A stretch of DNA of 60,962 nt, counting the filler. It is 14 parts of 14 records of this genome, joined end to end, with 100 filler letters (N's around TTAATTAATTAA, not from the genome) between each part and the next. Parts side by side here need not be neighbours in the genome. Positions count along the whole stretch, not along the records: positions 18,896 to 22,839 come from SRR7504441_113233; positions 22,940 to 26,818 come from SRR7504441_113481; positions 26,919 to 30,279 come from SRR7504441_113815; positions 30,380 to 33,485 come from SRR7504441_113941; positions 33,586 to 37,873 come from SRR7504441_113959; 9 more parts are not named here. One strand, written 5' to 3'. The position numbers and the translations under genes were made by a program. Below the pieces are notes generated by a model, which was not told the DNA's origin, searched no databases, and saw only the letters and a list, made by a program, of their open reading frames with translations. Of this stretch, positions 22,486 to 33,589 are shown in pieces. The stretch's first letter is position 1; each line of letters starts with the position of its first letter.

Positions 22486-24168
22486 CAGAGCCGGCGGCTG
22501 AGTGCTGTATGCTCGAGTGAGTTTATTGACAGTTTAGAACTATTGATACGAATACCGTATTGGTATAGCCGGAGGGTCAATCTCTTCGTATTATGGAGGA
22601 CTCTTTGTCGCTTTGTTAGTGTGTGCTAGTGTGTGTAATCTTGTGATTAAACACAACGCGGGTGACGTGAAATTCGTGAAGTTTGATCAATGAAGTCATT
22701 ACGGTATTAAAACTATTTTATTCGTCGTCAGTTCGTCGTCACTCTGGACCAGATGTTGTGATTCCTTCCTTCCTGAGTGGCCGTTTTATAATTATACCTG
22801 TAAGGGAATTAAGGTATCTACCTAGCTACGTTGTCTAACNNNNNNNNNNNNNNNNNNNNNNNNNNNNNNNNNNNNNNNNNNNNTTAATTAATTAANNNNN
22901 NNNNNNNNNNNNNNNNNNNNNNNNNNNNNNNNNNNNNNNGGCTGAGCCTTGTACTGAACTCCGGGCGTAGAGAATGATGCATGATAGGGTACATGTAAAG
23001 GAAATCATTATGAGCCACCAATGCAGTCGACCATTGTACGAGTATATATTTAAAATTAATTAAAGCATTCTCAGTGAGGCTGTTCTCATGGCTGTTCTAT
23101 TAAACTCTATATTGATTCCACTACACGCACAATCAAATCCGTATATTACCTGGCCGTGGCCGTTCAAATAGCATTACGTCACTTGACAAAGTCAGAAAGT
23201 GTCAAGAGATCCACGTGTCCACAACCGTTTTAATAGCATGCGTCTCGCGGCTCAGTGTAGCCCAAACGCGATTGTGGTTGGCTCAGGGTTAGCGGTCCAC
23301 TTGCCTCCCGGCACTGACTTGGATGGTTGGTTGCCTGTCCGCTGCCAGCCATGCTCAGTCTGGCCCTACCGCGATCTACTTACATTCCAGAAAGAGCGGG
23401 CTCCCTGCCGTCGGGCCTCTATCAACGACTCACTGGTCGGGGCCGCGCTCTCGAAAAATTGCGGTGAGTGCCAGGGCTGGCCGGTAGGTGCGGAGCCTCC
23501 GCAGTTGCCCTCTGTGGGACATAATGCAGTGGCGGGCCGTACTCGTCATTGTAGTTGTCCCTCAGGTTGGGCTGGTACGCAGTCGGGATGTACTGGTTCA
23601 TCTGCCCCGGCTGGGCACGGTCTGCCATCTTACTGGTCCCAGTAATAGACCCTTACCGGTAAGAACTTCACAGGCTGTCAGGGTACCACACATTGCCTGA
23701 CTCAGAGATCCTAGATTCCGTAACAGCACCGTACTGTGCGTGATCTATGCGTGATCATTCTTAATCATTATGTAAGGCGAATTCCAACCCGACCCGCCCG
23801 ATCTTGACACGCCATGAAGAGCTCTTCCTTGGGCGCGCATACTTGAGCGACCGGCATTGCCCACTCGCTCTGCACTCGCAAGCTCTGATTGTCATCACGA
23901 GTTACATCACGAGTACTCGTAGCTACACTGGCACTGGCGCAATAATTAATCATTCACGGACACAACTAAATCATGATCAGTCCCAATTTAGCTAAGCTTA
24001 TATCAAATGTCACGAGTGTCAAACGTTAGTAGATTGTGTTTACAATGCGTTTATGCGCCACTTGCTGTATGTGCCATCAGTCCAATTCTACTGATCGTGA
24101 TAGAATTGTAATGTTACAAGTCATGTACGCCATGTGTATGCGTAATGTACCTGCGTCTGCTCAAGAGT

Positions 24169-25617
24169 TTATAGAATCCGATCCATGATCCGATCAGTGT
24201 CATCGCGATGGACAGCACGCGGGAAGGTGGGCGACGATGAGCCGCGGCTCTGCTTGACTAACGGGGACAGTTGCTTCGTGAGCAGCTGCTGCAATGGCTC
24301 GTCGTCGCTTTTCCGCACAAGCTTCTTGCTAGCTATCCGCTCTGTGGCCACAAAGCCAACCATTGCCACCAGCAGTGCCTGCACGCAGATCATGTAGGCG
24401 GTGGCCTCGTCCCATTGGCCCATGTGGCTCATGCAAAAGAGGACCATTAAGTTTAAAGGAACCCGGAACAGCGACATGATGGTCGCTCTCGCAGTCTCAG
24501 GCACTCGCTCGGCCCGCAGCTCCCCTATCATAGGCCAGTACCAGCCCACACACCCTTCAAACACCATGCACGCTGCCAGCACCGGCCCAAAGCCCCTGCA
24601 CACAACTGGCACCACCAGCGAGCCGGCCGCCAGCCCGAGCGGCACGCCCGCAGCGACCAGGCTGCCACGTTGCTCGAGCAGCTGGTGGCTCAATTGGTAG
24701 AGGCAAGAGCCGAGCATCTTCCAGAGCATAAACACCGCGAACACCAGCCCGTACCGCAGCTCGGTCGGGGCCCGCGACTCGAGCGACGGCGTCCACAGGA
24801 ATATGAACACGAACATGCAGGCCTCAAACACTGCAGAGAGCAAGCCCACCCCCAGTAGGAGCGGGCTGCGCACTATCTGGCGCACCCCGTCCAGCAGGCT
24901 GATCGGGGGCGTCTTGCTCGCCGGGTCACCCCCAAAGTTCTCTTGCCACCGCTGCACCGCCACCGCCGAGCAGATCAGCGGCAGCGTGGCGACGTAAAAG
25001 GGCGCCGTCAGCCCTCCCGCAAGCACCGCAAACTCCGCGATCATCCCGCCCGCGATCGCGGCGACAGCGTTAAAAAAGGTGCATTGGGAGAACAGCGGGC
25101 CGAGCGACTGGAGCGAGAGCCCGAGTCGGGAGTGCTCGTCCACAAGCCAGGCTTCGTAGCTTGAGTAAAGCAGAGAGGTGCCCGCCCCGCCCAGCACGCG
25201 GGCCAGGCAGAGCATCGGGGCCCAGCTCGAGGTGTTGGCCACCGCCGAGACTGCGTAGAGCCCGCAGTAGCACAGGCAGCCACGCCGGCGGCCGAACCGG
25301 TCTGCGGCGGCGGAGATCACAGTCCCGAGAGAGAGCGAGGCCCCGAAGCCCACGGTGAAGAGCAGCGCGATCTGGTGCATCGAGTAGCCGTGCGAGCGGT
25401 ACAGCGCGTAGATATGCGCCCCCATGATCCAGTCGGCAAGCATCGCCGGGATGAATCCGAGCAAGTACCGCCGGCGCAGCCCGGCCAGCGCCTGCGGGCT
25501 AGCCAGCGGCAGCCCGCCGCCCGAGCTCGGCTCGGACGATTCGCTCTGGGCCAGCCGCCGCCAGCAGACCGCCAGCCCCACCCCGCCCACACCGGCCAGG
25601 AGCACCAGCTCGTCCAT
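24169..25617 (-). CDS. MFSD5: Molybdate-anion transporter, MFS (MFSD5/MOT2 family)
   Basis: ADWIMGAHIYALY, ADRFGRRRGCL, SLLYSSYEAW, FEACMFVFIFLWTP, RATIMSLFRVPLN. Confidence 0.9.
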   Translation of the reverse strand: MDELVLLAGVGGVGLAVCWRRLAQSESSEPSSGGGLPLASPQALAGLRRRYLLGFIPAMLADWIMGAHIYALYRSHGYSMHQIALLFTVGFGASLSLGTVISAAADRFGRRRGCLCYCGLYAVSAVANTSSWAPMLCLARVLGGAGTSLLYSSYEAWLVDEHSRLGLSLQSLGPLFSQCTFFNAVAAIAGGMIAEFAVLAGGLTAPFYVATLPLICSAVAVQRWQENFGGDPASKTPPISLLDGVRQIVRSPLLLGVGLLSAVFEACMFVFIFLWTPSLESRAPTELRYGLVFAVFMLWKMLGSCLYQLSHQLLEQRGSLVAAGVPLGLAAGSLVVPVVCRGFGPVLAACMVFEGCVGWYWPMIGELRAERVPETARATIMSLFRVPLNLMVLFCMSHMGQWDEATAYMICVQALLVAMVGFVATERIASKKLVRKSDDEPLQQLLTKQLSPLVKQSRGSSSPTFPRAVHRDDTDRIMDRIL

Positions 25618-25800
25618 TCGGCCGCCGAGCAATCACCGGTGAGCCCGTGCCCCCCGGGGCGCAGATCGTTGCCTCTTTTTTTTTTGTTTTCGCGAGACAC
25701 ACTGCAGAATCGTGGGCAACTCGACGCAGAATCGTCGCCACGCAGAGAGGTTCAGCGCTGCATTTGAGTGGCCCTATACTGGTTTGAGTGGGGCCGAGGG

Positions 25801-26612
25801 ATGGACGACCTGCTCGCCTCGTTCAACGGGATCGCCTTGGACAATCGGTCGGCCGTGGTGGCCCAGTTCTCCCGGGTGCTCGGCACCGACGAGCAGACGG
25901 CCTCCTTCTTCCTGGAGAGCCACCAGGTACCGGCTGGCGGCCCGGCCGGCGGCGAGCTTCGGGCGGGCCAGAACGACATTGCCCGGGCAGTAGATGCGTA
26001 CCTGGCCCTGTCGGCTGGCAACAAGGTGCCACCCTCTGCCGCCTGTGACCTGCCGCGAGCTGCGCCCACAGGCGGCGGCCATGACGGCGCAGCACGGGGC
26101 GGTACCATCCGGAGTGTTTGAGGACGACGCGTCGTGGGAGCCGCGCCAGCACCCGCCCAACCAACCGTTCGGGCTGGTCTTGGAGCTATGGCCGGACGGG
26201 CTGAACCGGCGGGCAGGTGAGGCGAATTCAAAACAATGGCGCAGGGGCATGGCCAGACGGGGTAGAGGTGGCGCAGAGCGACGGCAACCTGGGACTGGAC
26301 CCGATCCCACTGGCCCCGATAGGCCCCGGGGAAATCACATCGTTCGAACTGAATGGATCCACGCCGGCTGCTCCTGGGCTGTACACGGCTGCGCTCAAGC
26401 TGCGGTCGCCTCTGCACGGATTCTGCTCGAACGAGGTGTGGCGCATGGAGCAGGCGTGTGGAGCTGAGCCGGCTGGGGTGCAGATATGGCTGATCCTGGA
26501 GGTGGTGCAGCCGCCTGAGGGGATGCAGCCTCAGGCTGGGCCGACAGGCCCGAATCTCGTAGCTCCCGTTCAACCCATAGGTCCCGAGGCAGACATGGAC
26601 ATGGACCTGTGA
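25801..26612 (+). CDS. ILRUN: UBA-like + NBR1-FW domain protein (ILRUN/C6orf106), 4 short introns
   Basis: MDDLLASF..VAQFSRVLG..ASFFLE UBA-like region. IQNNGAGAWP...PGLY...IWLILEV FW/Ig domain. GT-AG introns of 40-48 nt restore the frame. Confidence 0.82.
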
Positions 26613-26918
26613 GGCTGCCCAACACAACCGAACGTCGTCGTAGTGATCGGAAATACCGTGCGCTGAGTGGATCAACAACGTGACGTGCCAAGGGTTCCCA
26701 CCCCTATCGACCAAAATACTGCCAAAGATAACTTCCAGCTATAATCAGCCATACTAATTTTCTGTCCTGACTCCAGTCTCTGAACTCGAGACACGATAAA
26801 TCGATGATACGAATACCTNNNNNNNNNNNNNNNNNNNNNNNNNNNNNNNNNNNNNNNNNNNNTTAATTAATTAANNNNNNNNNNNNNNNNNNNNNNNNNN
26901 NNNNNNNNNNNNNNNNNN

Positions 26919-27272
26919 GATTTGAACGATAATGGTCGTATCAGCAAGAGCGAATTCCACTCTATTGCGCATTCGCTGTCTGCCCAAGTGGAATTGTTCC
27001 GAGGGCAGCCAGGCATCTTTGACCAGAGCGAGAGCTTCCTGTACAAGGTGGCTACTTACGCACTGGAGAACTTTCGTGAGATTGACACTAACAATGATGG
27101 ATCGGTCAGTGTCAAGGAATTCAGCAGATGGATCGATTCCCTTGATGACCCAGACGCCTCCTCGGCTCAACAAGGAGTAGTAGATGCGTTTGAGACTCAG
27201 TTAGGCCAACGCGGCGAGGGATCTGGTACTTACATGAGGTTCATAGAAGAGAAGGGGTATATCAAGCAGTAA
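26919..27272 (+). CDS. EF-hand protein C-terminus, 5' truncated
   Basis: DLNDNGRISKSEF and DTNNDGSVSVKEF loops. Confidence 0.7.
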   Translation, partial: DLNDNGRISKSEFHSIAHSLSAQVELFRGQPGIFDQSESFLYKVATYALENFREIDTNNDGSVSVKEFSRWIDSLDDPDASSAQQGVVDAFETQLGQRGEGSGTYMRFIEEKGYIKQ

Positions 27273-27513
27273 ATGAATTCCCGTGAATTAAGCATGAAAA
27301 GTGCATTTGTTATGCGTCGATTGATTTGTATTACATGTACATGATTGTACATGTCATGTACTCGTACAATCATAAGCATGATGTGTAGCGTTTGATTGAT
27401 GTACGTACGACGTCTCTCTCACGTGTACACGTCATTAACTATGCGTATACTGTAAGCACTAGGCTATCATCATTCGAACTCGTGATTATAAACAGATTTC
27501 ACTGATTTTGTGA

Positions 27514-30279
27514 CTAAAACGTCACTCGGCTCAGATATCTTCGGGAAGGGCCCCTAACATCATCACAGTTTATGTACATGTCCATCTGCAGCATCCAATC
27601 AAGAGAACAAAGCCACGATGCAGTTACCTGGACATCTTGGCAGGCAATACTCTGCGACAAAAAGGCAACAAAGTCGGCCCAGTCGTCGTTATCAAAAGGC
27701 AAAGTGGGAAACGCTGTTGTGCCCTCGGATGCCACGATACTCCCTAACGAAAGAGCCGCATGGACGGATTCAAACAAAAGAGACTTGTGAACCCCGAGCT
27801 GGTCAAATCGGGCGTGACGTGTGCGGCGAATGCCAGATTTACCTGCCACAGGTAATGAGATGTCCATGCAGTCAGCCAACAACGCGCAGTGACCTGTGGC
27901 CAGAGAGTCGCCTCTAAGGTGCCCAGAGACGAACTGCTTCCAATTCTTGACCACCGAAAGCAGATCATGGATTGCTGAGAGTGCAACGGCAACAGGCTCA
28001 ACTGACGTGCCGAAGTCAGCATGCAACAGCAGATATCCATCTCGGGAAACAAAGCTCTGATCTGTCGGACAAGCGGAGACAAACACAGCGCTTCCGAATG
28101 CCGGAAGCGATGCAGCTTGTGGATCGGACCGAGTCATGACTGAAAAAGGGCAGATGAAGCCACGCGGTTCCAGCCTCTCGAAACCTGTCATGCACTCAAG
28201 GAAAGTGGATCGATTGATATTTGCACCTGAACCTCTTGATATTGCGTGATCGTCAGCGGGGATTGCTTGGGCAGTCTGCTGGAGATTGCTAACCTGTTGT
28301 GACGCCTTTTTCAGCACTTCAGTCTCATTGGCCGCCCAGCTGGATAAAGCACGCAACTGATCCCGGAGGTGTTTCATTCGAGAAGTGACAGTCGAGTTAT
28401 CACTGAGCCAGCACACGCATACACCAAACTGTGAATCGAGGTGCTTAAACTGCACATTGGTCAGACAAATCTCGCTGTGAAGACTTGGTGCTTGGCCCTC
28501 CCAACCGCAGAGCATCATGAGTCGACACGAACTGTCAGTCAAATACACGGCGTGGCAGTCCTTGGTTGGCGCGCCGCCCAGTGCAGCAGCCTTCCACCCG
28601 ACCACGGTGGCAACGCAGTCGAATTCACAGCCGCACGTGAGTCTGCAATCAGTATGAAGCTGCTGAATACACAGAACTTTCCGTGGATTGAACACTGGAA
28701 ACAGGGAAGGTCCCGCGCCTGTACCTGCCTCCGTCCAATTGGTGTACCGCGATGTGCCCAGCTCTACAGCTGAAGATCGCGTGCTCAACCAGGCTGTGAG
28801 GCACTCTGCATAGAGCACTTTCGCCTCCCTGAAGAACTCAAGCATATTTTCGTCTGCGCCCCATATACTCAGCGAATAGTTGCCCTCTCTGTGCACTCTG
28901 AACTGCATCGAGTTACTTGTTGCATCAGAGACTTGCAGCGTGAGCAGTGGGCGAACATCACGCTGATGCATCGCTGGAGCTTGGCCTTCTTCGTAACACC
29001 GCTCCATTTCGTTGAACATCTTCTGCTGCGCGGCCTCCTCCTCCGCTTGAGAGCGCATCACTCTGGTGCCATTTTGAAGCGTTTCGAGATACCTCACTGG
29101 ATACTGCCGCTGGACCACCAGCTTTACAAGCGGGACAATCCCGCCGTCTCCCCGCAGAGACTCTAGCCTAACTGGAAAACTTAAATCTTTCTGGAGACCC
29201 AGTTTTGCAGAGGCCGGGGCTCGCTGAGTGCCATTATAGTTGAGCTTCAGCGCAGCTTCAGGCGGTGCCTCTAACGGTGGCACGCCTTCCGGAACGCCAC
29301 AGAGCTCGGCCCCGAAAACCCGCAGTTTCAGTCCCGGATAAATCTTGCCCTGAGCCAAGACACCCTGAAGACCAATATCTAAGCGCGCACTGATTGAGTA
29401 CCAGCCATCACTGACTTCAATGGTGTTGCCAAGCCCGCCAGGCTGTATAGCAGCCACTACAAGCACCATATGCCGGACGGATGGGTGATCTCGCTCCAGA
29501 ATTTTCTTAAGTGCTGAGCGCTGGCCCAAGTTGACTTCTTTCTCGTAGCGGTACTTCAGCTGCTTCAGGACTATATCAGGGGTGAGCGCCCCTCTGCACT
29601 GCGAGGGGAAACGGCGCTCGTAAGAGGCCAGTTTCCAGACGATCCAACGATAGTGGTTCTTGACCCAGGCAGGGTCGATGGTCAGAGCGGCGCCAGCTTG
29701 GATCAAGCACATCATCATTTCCTCTGGACCAATGGTGCGAGAACTGAAGCGATTAAAATCTACACTGGTTCCAGCGGCAGCAGCTTCAAATCGGAAATCA
29801 GCCGCAGCACGAGAGTCTATCGCGTTCACTGCGTCAAGTGTCACAGCCTGGCCGCTTTGCGAGAGTCCTGGAAATCGCCTCTGAGCACCCGAAAAGTATT
29901 GATAAACGTCCATTTTATGCCTTTTGCAGTTTTCATTCAAAGTTGGAGCGTTCTCGCTTACGATTTGTCGTGTCTGTTGGCAATTATCGCGAATTGATGC
30001 GCGCGTACTTTCTGCAGTTTTCTGTAGGTTTCTCGAAAAAGTTTCTTTTGGCAGTGCAGGGGCTCGCTTGTTTGACTGTTTGCGCAGTAGGGCTTGACGC
30101 GGTAGTGGAGCTGCGGGCGGTTGTGTGTTCTCCGTCGTACTTGGGGACCCGAAGGGCAGCCGGCGCCCTTGAAGAGGACTTCCAGAGGCGGCATTCGTTG
30201 GAATGGAATTCAAGGCTACCTCACTGGGCGGGTCTGGATGGTCCAGCGTCTTCTTGACGTCTGGTGCTGCCTGCGCATC
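27514..30279 (-). CDS. BRCA2: BRCA2 DNA-binding region (helical domain, OB1-OB3), 5' truncated
   Basis: WVKNHYRWIVWKLASYERRFP, QLKYRYEKE, RSALKKILERD, IEVSDGWYSI, VQRQYP. Frame open to the contig edge. Confidence 0.93.
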   Translation of the reverse strand, partial: DAQAAPDVKKTLDHPDPPSEVALNSIPTNAASGSPLQGRRLPFGSPSTTENTQPPAAPLPRQALLRKQSNKRAPALPKETFSRNLQKTAESTRASIRDNCQQTRQIVSENAPTLNENCKRHKMDVYQYFSGAQRRFPGLSQSGQAVTLDAVNAIDSRAAADFRFEAAAAGTSVDFNRFSSRTIGPEEMMMCLIQAGAALTIDPAWVKNHYRWIVWKLASYERRFPSQCRGALTPDIVLKQLKYRYEKEVNLGQRSALKKILERDHPSVRHMVLVVAAIQPGGLGNTIEVSDGWYSISARLDIGLQGVLAQGKIYPGLKLRVFGAELCGVPEGVPPLEAPPEAALKLNYNGTQRAPASAKLGLQKDLSFPVRLESLRGDGGIVPLVKLVVQRQYPVRYLETLQNGTRVMRSQAEEEAAQQKMFNEMERCYEEGQAPAMHQRDVRPLLTLQVSDATSNSMQFRVHREGNYSLSIWGADENMLEFFREAKVLYAECLTAWLSTRSSAVELGTSRYTNWTEAGTGAGPSLFPVFNPRKVLCIQQLHTDCRLTCGCEFDCVATVVGWKAAALGGAPTKDCHAVYLTDSSCRLMMLCGWEGQAPSLHSEICLTNVQFKHLDSQFGVCVCWLSDNSTVTSRMKHLRDQLRALSSWAANETEVLKKASQQVSNLQQTAQAIPADDHAISRGSGANINRSTFLECMTGFERLEPRGFICPFSVMTRSDPQAASLPAFGSAVFVSACPTDQSFVSRDGYLLLHADFGTSVEPVAVALSAIHDLLSVVKNWKQFVSGHLRGDSLATGHCALLADCMDISLPVAGKSGIRRTRHARFDQLGVHKSLLFESVHAALSLGSIVASEGTTAFPTLPFDNDDWADFVAFLSQSIACQDVQVTASWLCSLDWMLQMDMYINCDDVRGPSRRYLSRVTF

Positions 30280-30561
30280 NNNNNNNNNNNNNNNNNNNNN
30301 NNNNNNNNNNNNNNNNNNNNNNNTTAATTAATTAANNNNNNNNNNNNNNNNNNNNNNNNNNNNNNNNNNNNNNNNNNNNCGCAGTGCTCTCGAAGGCACT
30401 GGAACGACCATGTCCATCGCCCACAGTAGTACGATGCTGGAAGAATACACCATGCATCTGGCTTCAGCGGGGCGGCCTCGAAGGCCAATGGGTCTCTTTC
30501 ATCGCGCCGCCACAAAAAACGTCCGTTACTCTTATCGAAAGTCGTGTATTGGCGAAAAGCC

Positions 30562-33471
30562 ATGCGTGGTCTGGTGTGGCTGTGCTTGCTGGCCGGGGCA
30601 ACCGGGGCGGACGAGAGTTCCAAGTTGATCGGGGCGGTGGCCGGGCTGAGCAACCCCGGGCTCCAGGCGCTGGCCGACTCACTCAAGGCCGCGGTGCCCG
30701 GGAACTTTAGTGCGCCCGATATCCAATTTAAAGAAGGCCTACTCTCCGGCGCGCTGACCGACATCCAGTGCAAAAAGGCCAGCCTGGCCGTCCTCGAGCT
30801 CAGGGCCGACGCGGCTGGGCAGCTGACGGCCGACGGGTCCGGAGTTTCTGTTGAGTGCAGCGCTAGCTACAAGATGAAGCTACTGATCACCTACAAGGGC
30901 AAGCTCCGCCTGACAATCGCCGGGCACACCTCGGTCTCCGCCGGGGTGACCCTCTCGGACGGGAATAGCACCACAATCGCGTTGTCCAGATGCAGCGCCG
31001 AGGTGGACATCACCGCCCTCCACTTCGTAGAGAGCTCTCTATCCGGCGACGTGCTCAATCTATTCAAAAAAGCTTTGATTAATTCAGTCGAGCCCACCGC
31101 CCAGAAGCAGATCTGCGCCGAGCTCTCCACGCTGGCGGCGACCGCCAATTCGGGGCTGGCTGGGCCGAGCTGGCAGCTGCTTGACTGCGAGGTCTCTAGC
31201 CAGTCAGGGCTCTGGTGTGCTGTGGCCAACCTGGTGGGGGTTCACCAGGACTCGCGGCTGCCCCCAGCTCCGCCGCTCCCGGAGCTAGATTTTGGGGCGT
31301 GTGCTCGGAATGACAGCCAGGCGCAGCTGCTGTTGGATTCGTCGGCAGCTGACACGCTGTTTGACGTGGCGAGAGGTATGGGTCTATTCGATTGGTTTGT
31401 CACTCCGTCAGTGCTGGCCAAGCTCGGCGGGGGAGGGCTGCTCCCGCTCAATACGAGCACCTTCTGGCCGGACGCCGCACCGGGGCTGGCCAGTGGGTAC
31501 CCTAACAGCTCGATGCGAGTGGGGGTGAATGCGAGCGCGGCGCCATCAGTCGAATTTGGCAATGGCGCAGTCCTGCTGAGCCTGCCAATCGAAGTTAGCT
31601 TCACGGTGATGGACCGCCAGCTCGGGCCACGCGATGTGATTGTGGCCGAATGCCCGCTGAGCGCTCGTGCTGAGCTCTCGGTTGATGCCAGCAGCAAGGG
31701 CCAGCACATTAAAGGCGTGATCTCCCCTTTCCAATGCCAGCTCACGATCACCCACGCAGCCAGCTCGATCGGGACTGTGGACGGCCCCGCGCTCCAAGCG
31801 CACTGGAGCTCGCTGCTCGCCAATGTAACGGAATCAATCAACCGGCTGATCAGTGCCGGTGCCAAGATCCCAAAGCTTGGGCCGGTGGGTCTGGCTAACA
31901 CCTCGATTGGTGTCTTCGACCAGAACGGTACCGGCCTTCTCTCGCTCTGCACGGATCTAGAGCTGTCGCTCGGGCAGTTGACGGTCCCGGACTTGTCTGT
32001 AGCGAGCTCTGTGGAGCTGCTGGCCACTCTGTTGGCACCCCCGCAGCATTGGTTGGAGACGAGTCAGCCAGCCGAGCGTTCAGCCGCTAGGGCGCCGCCT
32101 GACTGGGTGGCTCGGAGCCAGGCGTCGAGGCTGAGGCAGGGCACGGGCAAGGAGCTGCTGATCACCGCCTTCGGGGCTGTGCCTGCGTCTTACGGACATG
32201 CTGTGACTAACAGAAGAGCAATCTCGGACGCGCTTGCAGCCGCCGCCCCTGGCGACACTGTCGTTGTCCCTGCGGACTTCTTTGCAGTGGGAAATATCTC
32301 AGGGACCAACCTGGTTGATGTGACACTCAGACTCGATGGCGCGATTCATGCCGCGCCAGACTTTGAGAATTGGCCAAGATCTAACGACAAGTACATTGAT
32401 TTCATGCGGTTTGAAAACTGCTCAGGGCTGACAATCAGCTCCAATGCGTTGCCTCTGGCAGACGAGCTGCAGTCTGATTCGGCCACCGGTGGGACTCCGA
32501 GGGCTGTTGGGCTGCTCGATGGGCAGGGAGCTGCGTGGTGGAGTGAGGCGATCGTAGGCAAACTTCCGGGCGGCTCAACTGACCGGCCGAGGCTGATGAA
32601 CATTGGCAACTCGGAGGACGTGCTCGTGCACAATGTGCAGATACTCAACTCGCCGCGGTTCAATCTTAGGCTTCAGGACGTGGCGAGGGCTGAAGTCAGC
32701 CATGTCCGGATCCAGACCGAGAAGAGCGAGCGTGCAGTGAATACGACGGCACGGCGGCTCTTGTATGATCCGGTTCAGCCTGGTGATCTCAACACGGATG
32801 GCGTGGACTTGATGGGAATAGACCTTTGGGTGCACCACTCGTTCATCCACAATGACGATGATTCAATTGCTGTCAAGCCGTGCGACGGGCAATGCGACAG
32901 GACGAATTGCACTCAGGGCATTCTGGTTGAAGACACTGTGATGATCGGGGTCGGCGCCTCAATTGGCTCTGTGGGCCCTCATGCGGCGCACAATTGCGTG
33001 CGAAACGTGATGTTCCGCAATATCAGCATGCCGCATACCATGAAGGGCATTTACGTCAAGTCAGACCCAGGGTGTGGCGACGGCAAGACTGCCGAAATCA
33101 CAAACGTAACGTACGAAGACATGACCATTGTTAGCCCAATATGGTGGCCAATCTGGATAGGACCGCAGCAGCAGCAAGAGCCAGGAAAGAGCCTCGGCGA
33201 CAAGTGCTCTTTGCTCTACCCTGTCGACCCGAGCTGCCCCACGCAGGGCTGTGTTCAGTTCACCAACATCACTGTGAGGCGAGTCAACATCACCAACCCG
33301 ACGCTCAGTCCAGGCGTGCTTCTTGGGAACGCAACGACCCCGAACATGCACAACATCGTGTTCGATTCGGTCTCTGTGCACAACCCGGGGTCGTTGCCGT
33401 TTGCGCAGAAGCTTCATTGTGAGCATGTGAAGCCGGTCTTCATCAACTCTCCCTCACTAACCTGTGATTGA
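30562..33471 (+). CDS. Secreted LBP/BPI-like + GH28 (polygalacturonase-family) fusion protein
   Basis: Signal peptide MRGLVWLCLLAGATGA. Two BPI-like lobes (about 30640-31970) with the N-lobe Cys pair. GH28 motifs DGQGAAWW, NTDG, NDDDSIAVK, GASIGS and GIYVKS. Single ORF. Confidence 0.8.
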   Translation: MRGLVWLCLLAGATGADESSKLIGAVAGLSNPGLQALADSLKAAVPGNFSAPDIQFKEGLLSGALTDIQCKKASLAVLELRADAAGQLTADGSGVSVECSASYKMKLLITYKGKLRLTIAGHTSVSAGVTLSDGNSTTIALSRCSAEVDITALHFVESSLSGDVLNLFKKALINSVEPTAQKQICAELSTLAATANSGLAGPSWQLLDCEVSSQSGLWCAVANLVGVHQDSRLPPAPPLPELDFGACARNDSQAQLLLDSSAADTLFDVARGMGLFDWFVTPSVLAKLGGGGLLPLNTSTFWPDAAPGLASGYPNSSMRVGVNASAAPSVEFGNGAVLLSLPIEVSFTVMDRQLGPRDVIVAECPLSARAELSVDASSKGQHIKGVISPFQCQLTITHAASSIGTVDGPALQAHWSSLLANVTESINRLISAGAKIPKLGPVGLANTSIGVFDQNGTGLLSLCTDLELSLGQLTVPDLSVASSVELLATLLAPPQHWLETSQPAERSAARAPPDWVARSQASRLRQGTGKELLITAFGAVPASYGHAVTNRRAISDALAAAAPGDTVVVPADFFAVGNISGTNLVDVTLRLDGAIHAAPDFENWPRSNDKYIDFMRFENCSGLTISSNALPLADELQSDSATGGTPRAVGLLDGQGAAWWSEAIVGKLPGGSTDRPRLMNIGNSEDVLVHNVQILNSPRFNLRLQDVARAEVSHVRIQTEKSERAVNTTARRLLYDPVQPGDLNTDGVDLMGIDLWVHHSFIHNDDDSIAVKPCDGQCDRTNCTQGILVEDTVMIGVGASIGSVGPHAAHNCVRNVMFRNISMPHTMKGIYVKSDPGCGDGKTAEITNVTYEDMTIVSPIWWPIWIGPQQQQEPGKSLGDKCSLLYPVDPSCPTQGCVQFTNITVRRVNITNPTLSPGVLLGNATTPNMHNIVFDSVSVHNPGSLPFAQKLHCEHVKPVFINSPSLTCD

Positions 33472-33589
33472 TCAATCAAACAAGANNNNNNNNNNNNNNN
33501 NNNNNNNNNNNNNNNNNNNNNNNNNNNNNTTAATTAATTAANNNNNNNNNNNNNNNNNNNNNNNNNNNNNNNNNNNNNNNNNNNNGGAG

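Noticed and set aside
23230..23700. Possible small spliced gene on the minus strand (MADRAQPGQMNQY...)
   Set aside because: Splice-like signals are present, but I could not build a unique gene model or recognise a family.
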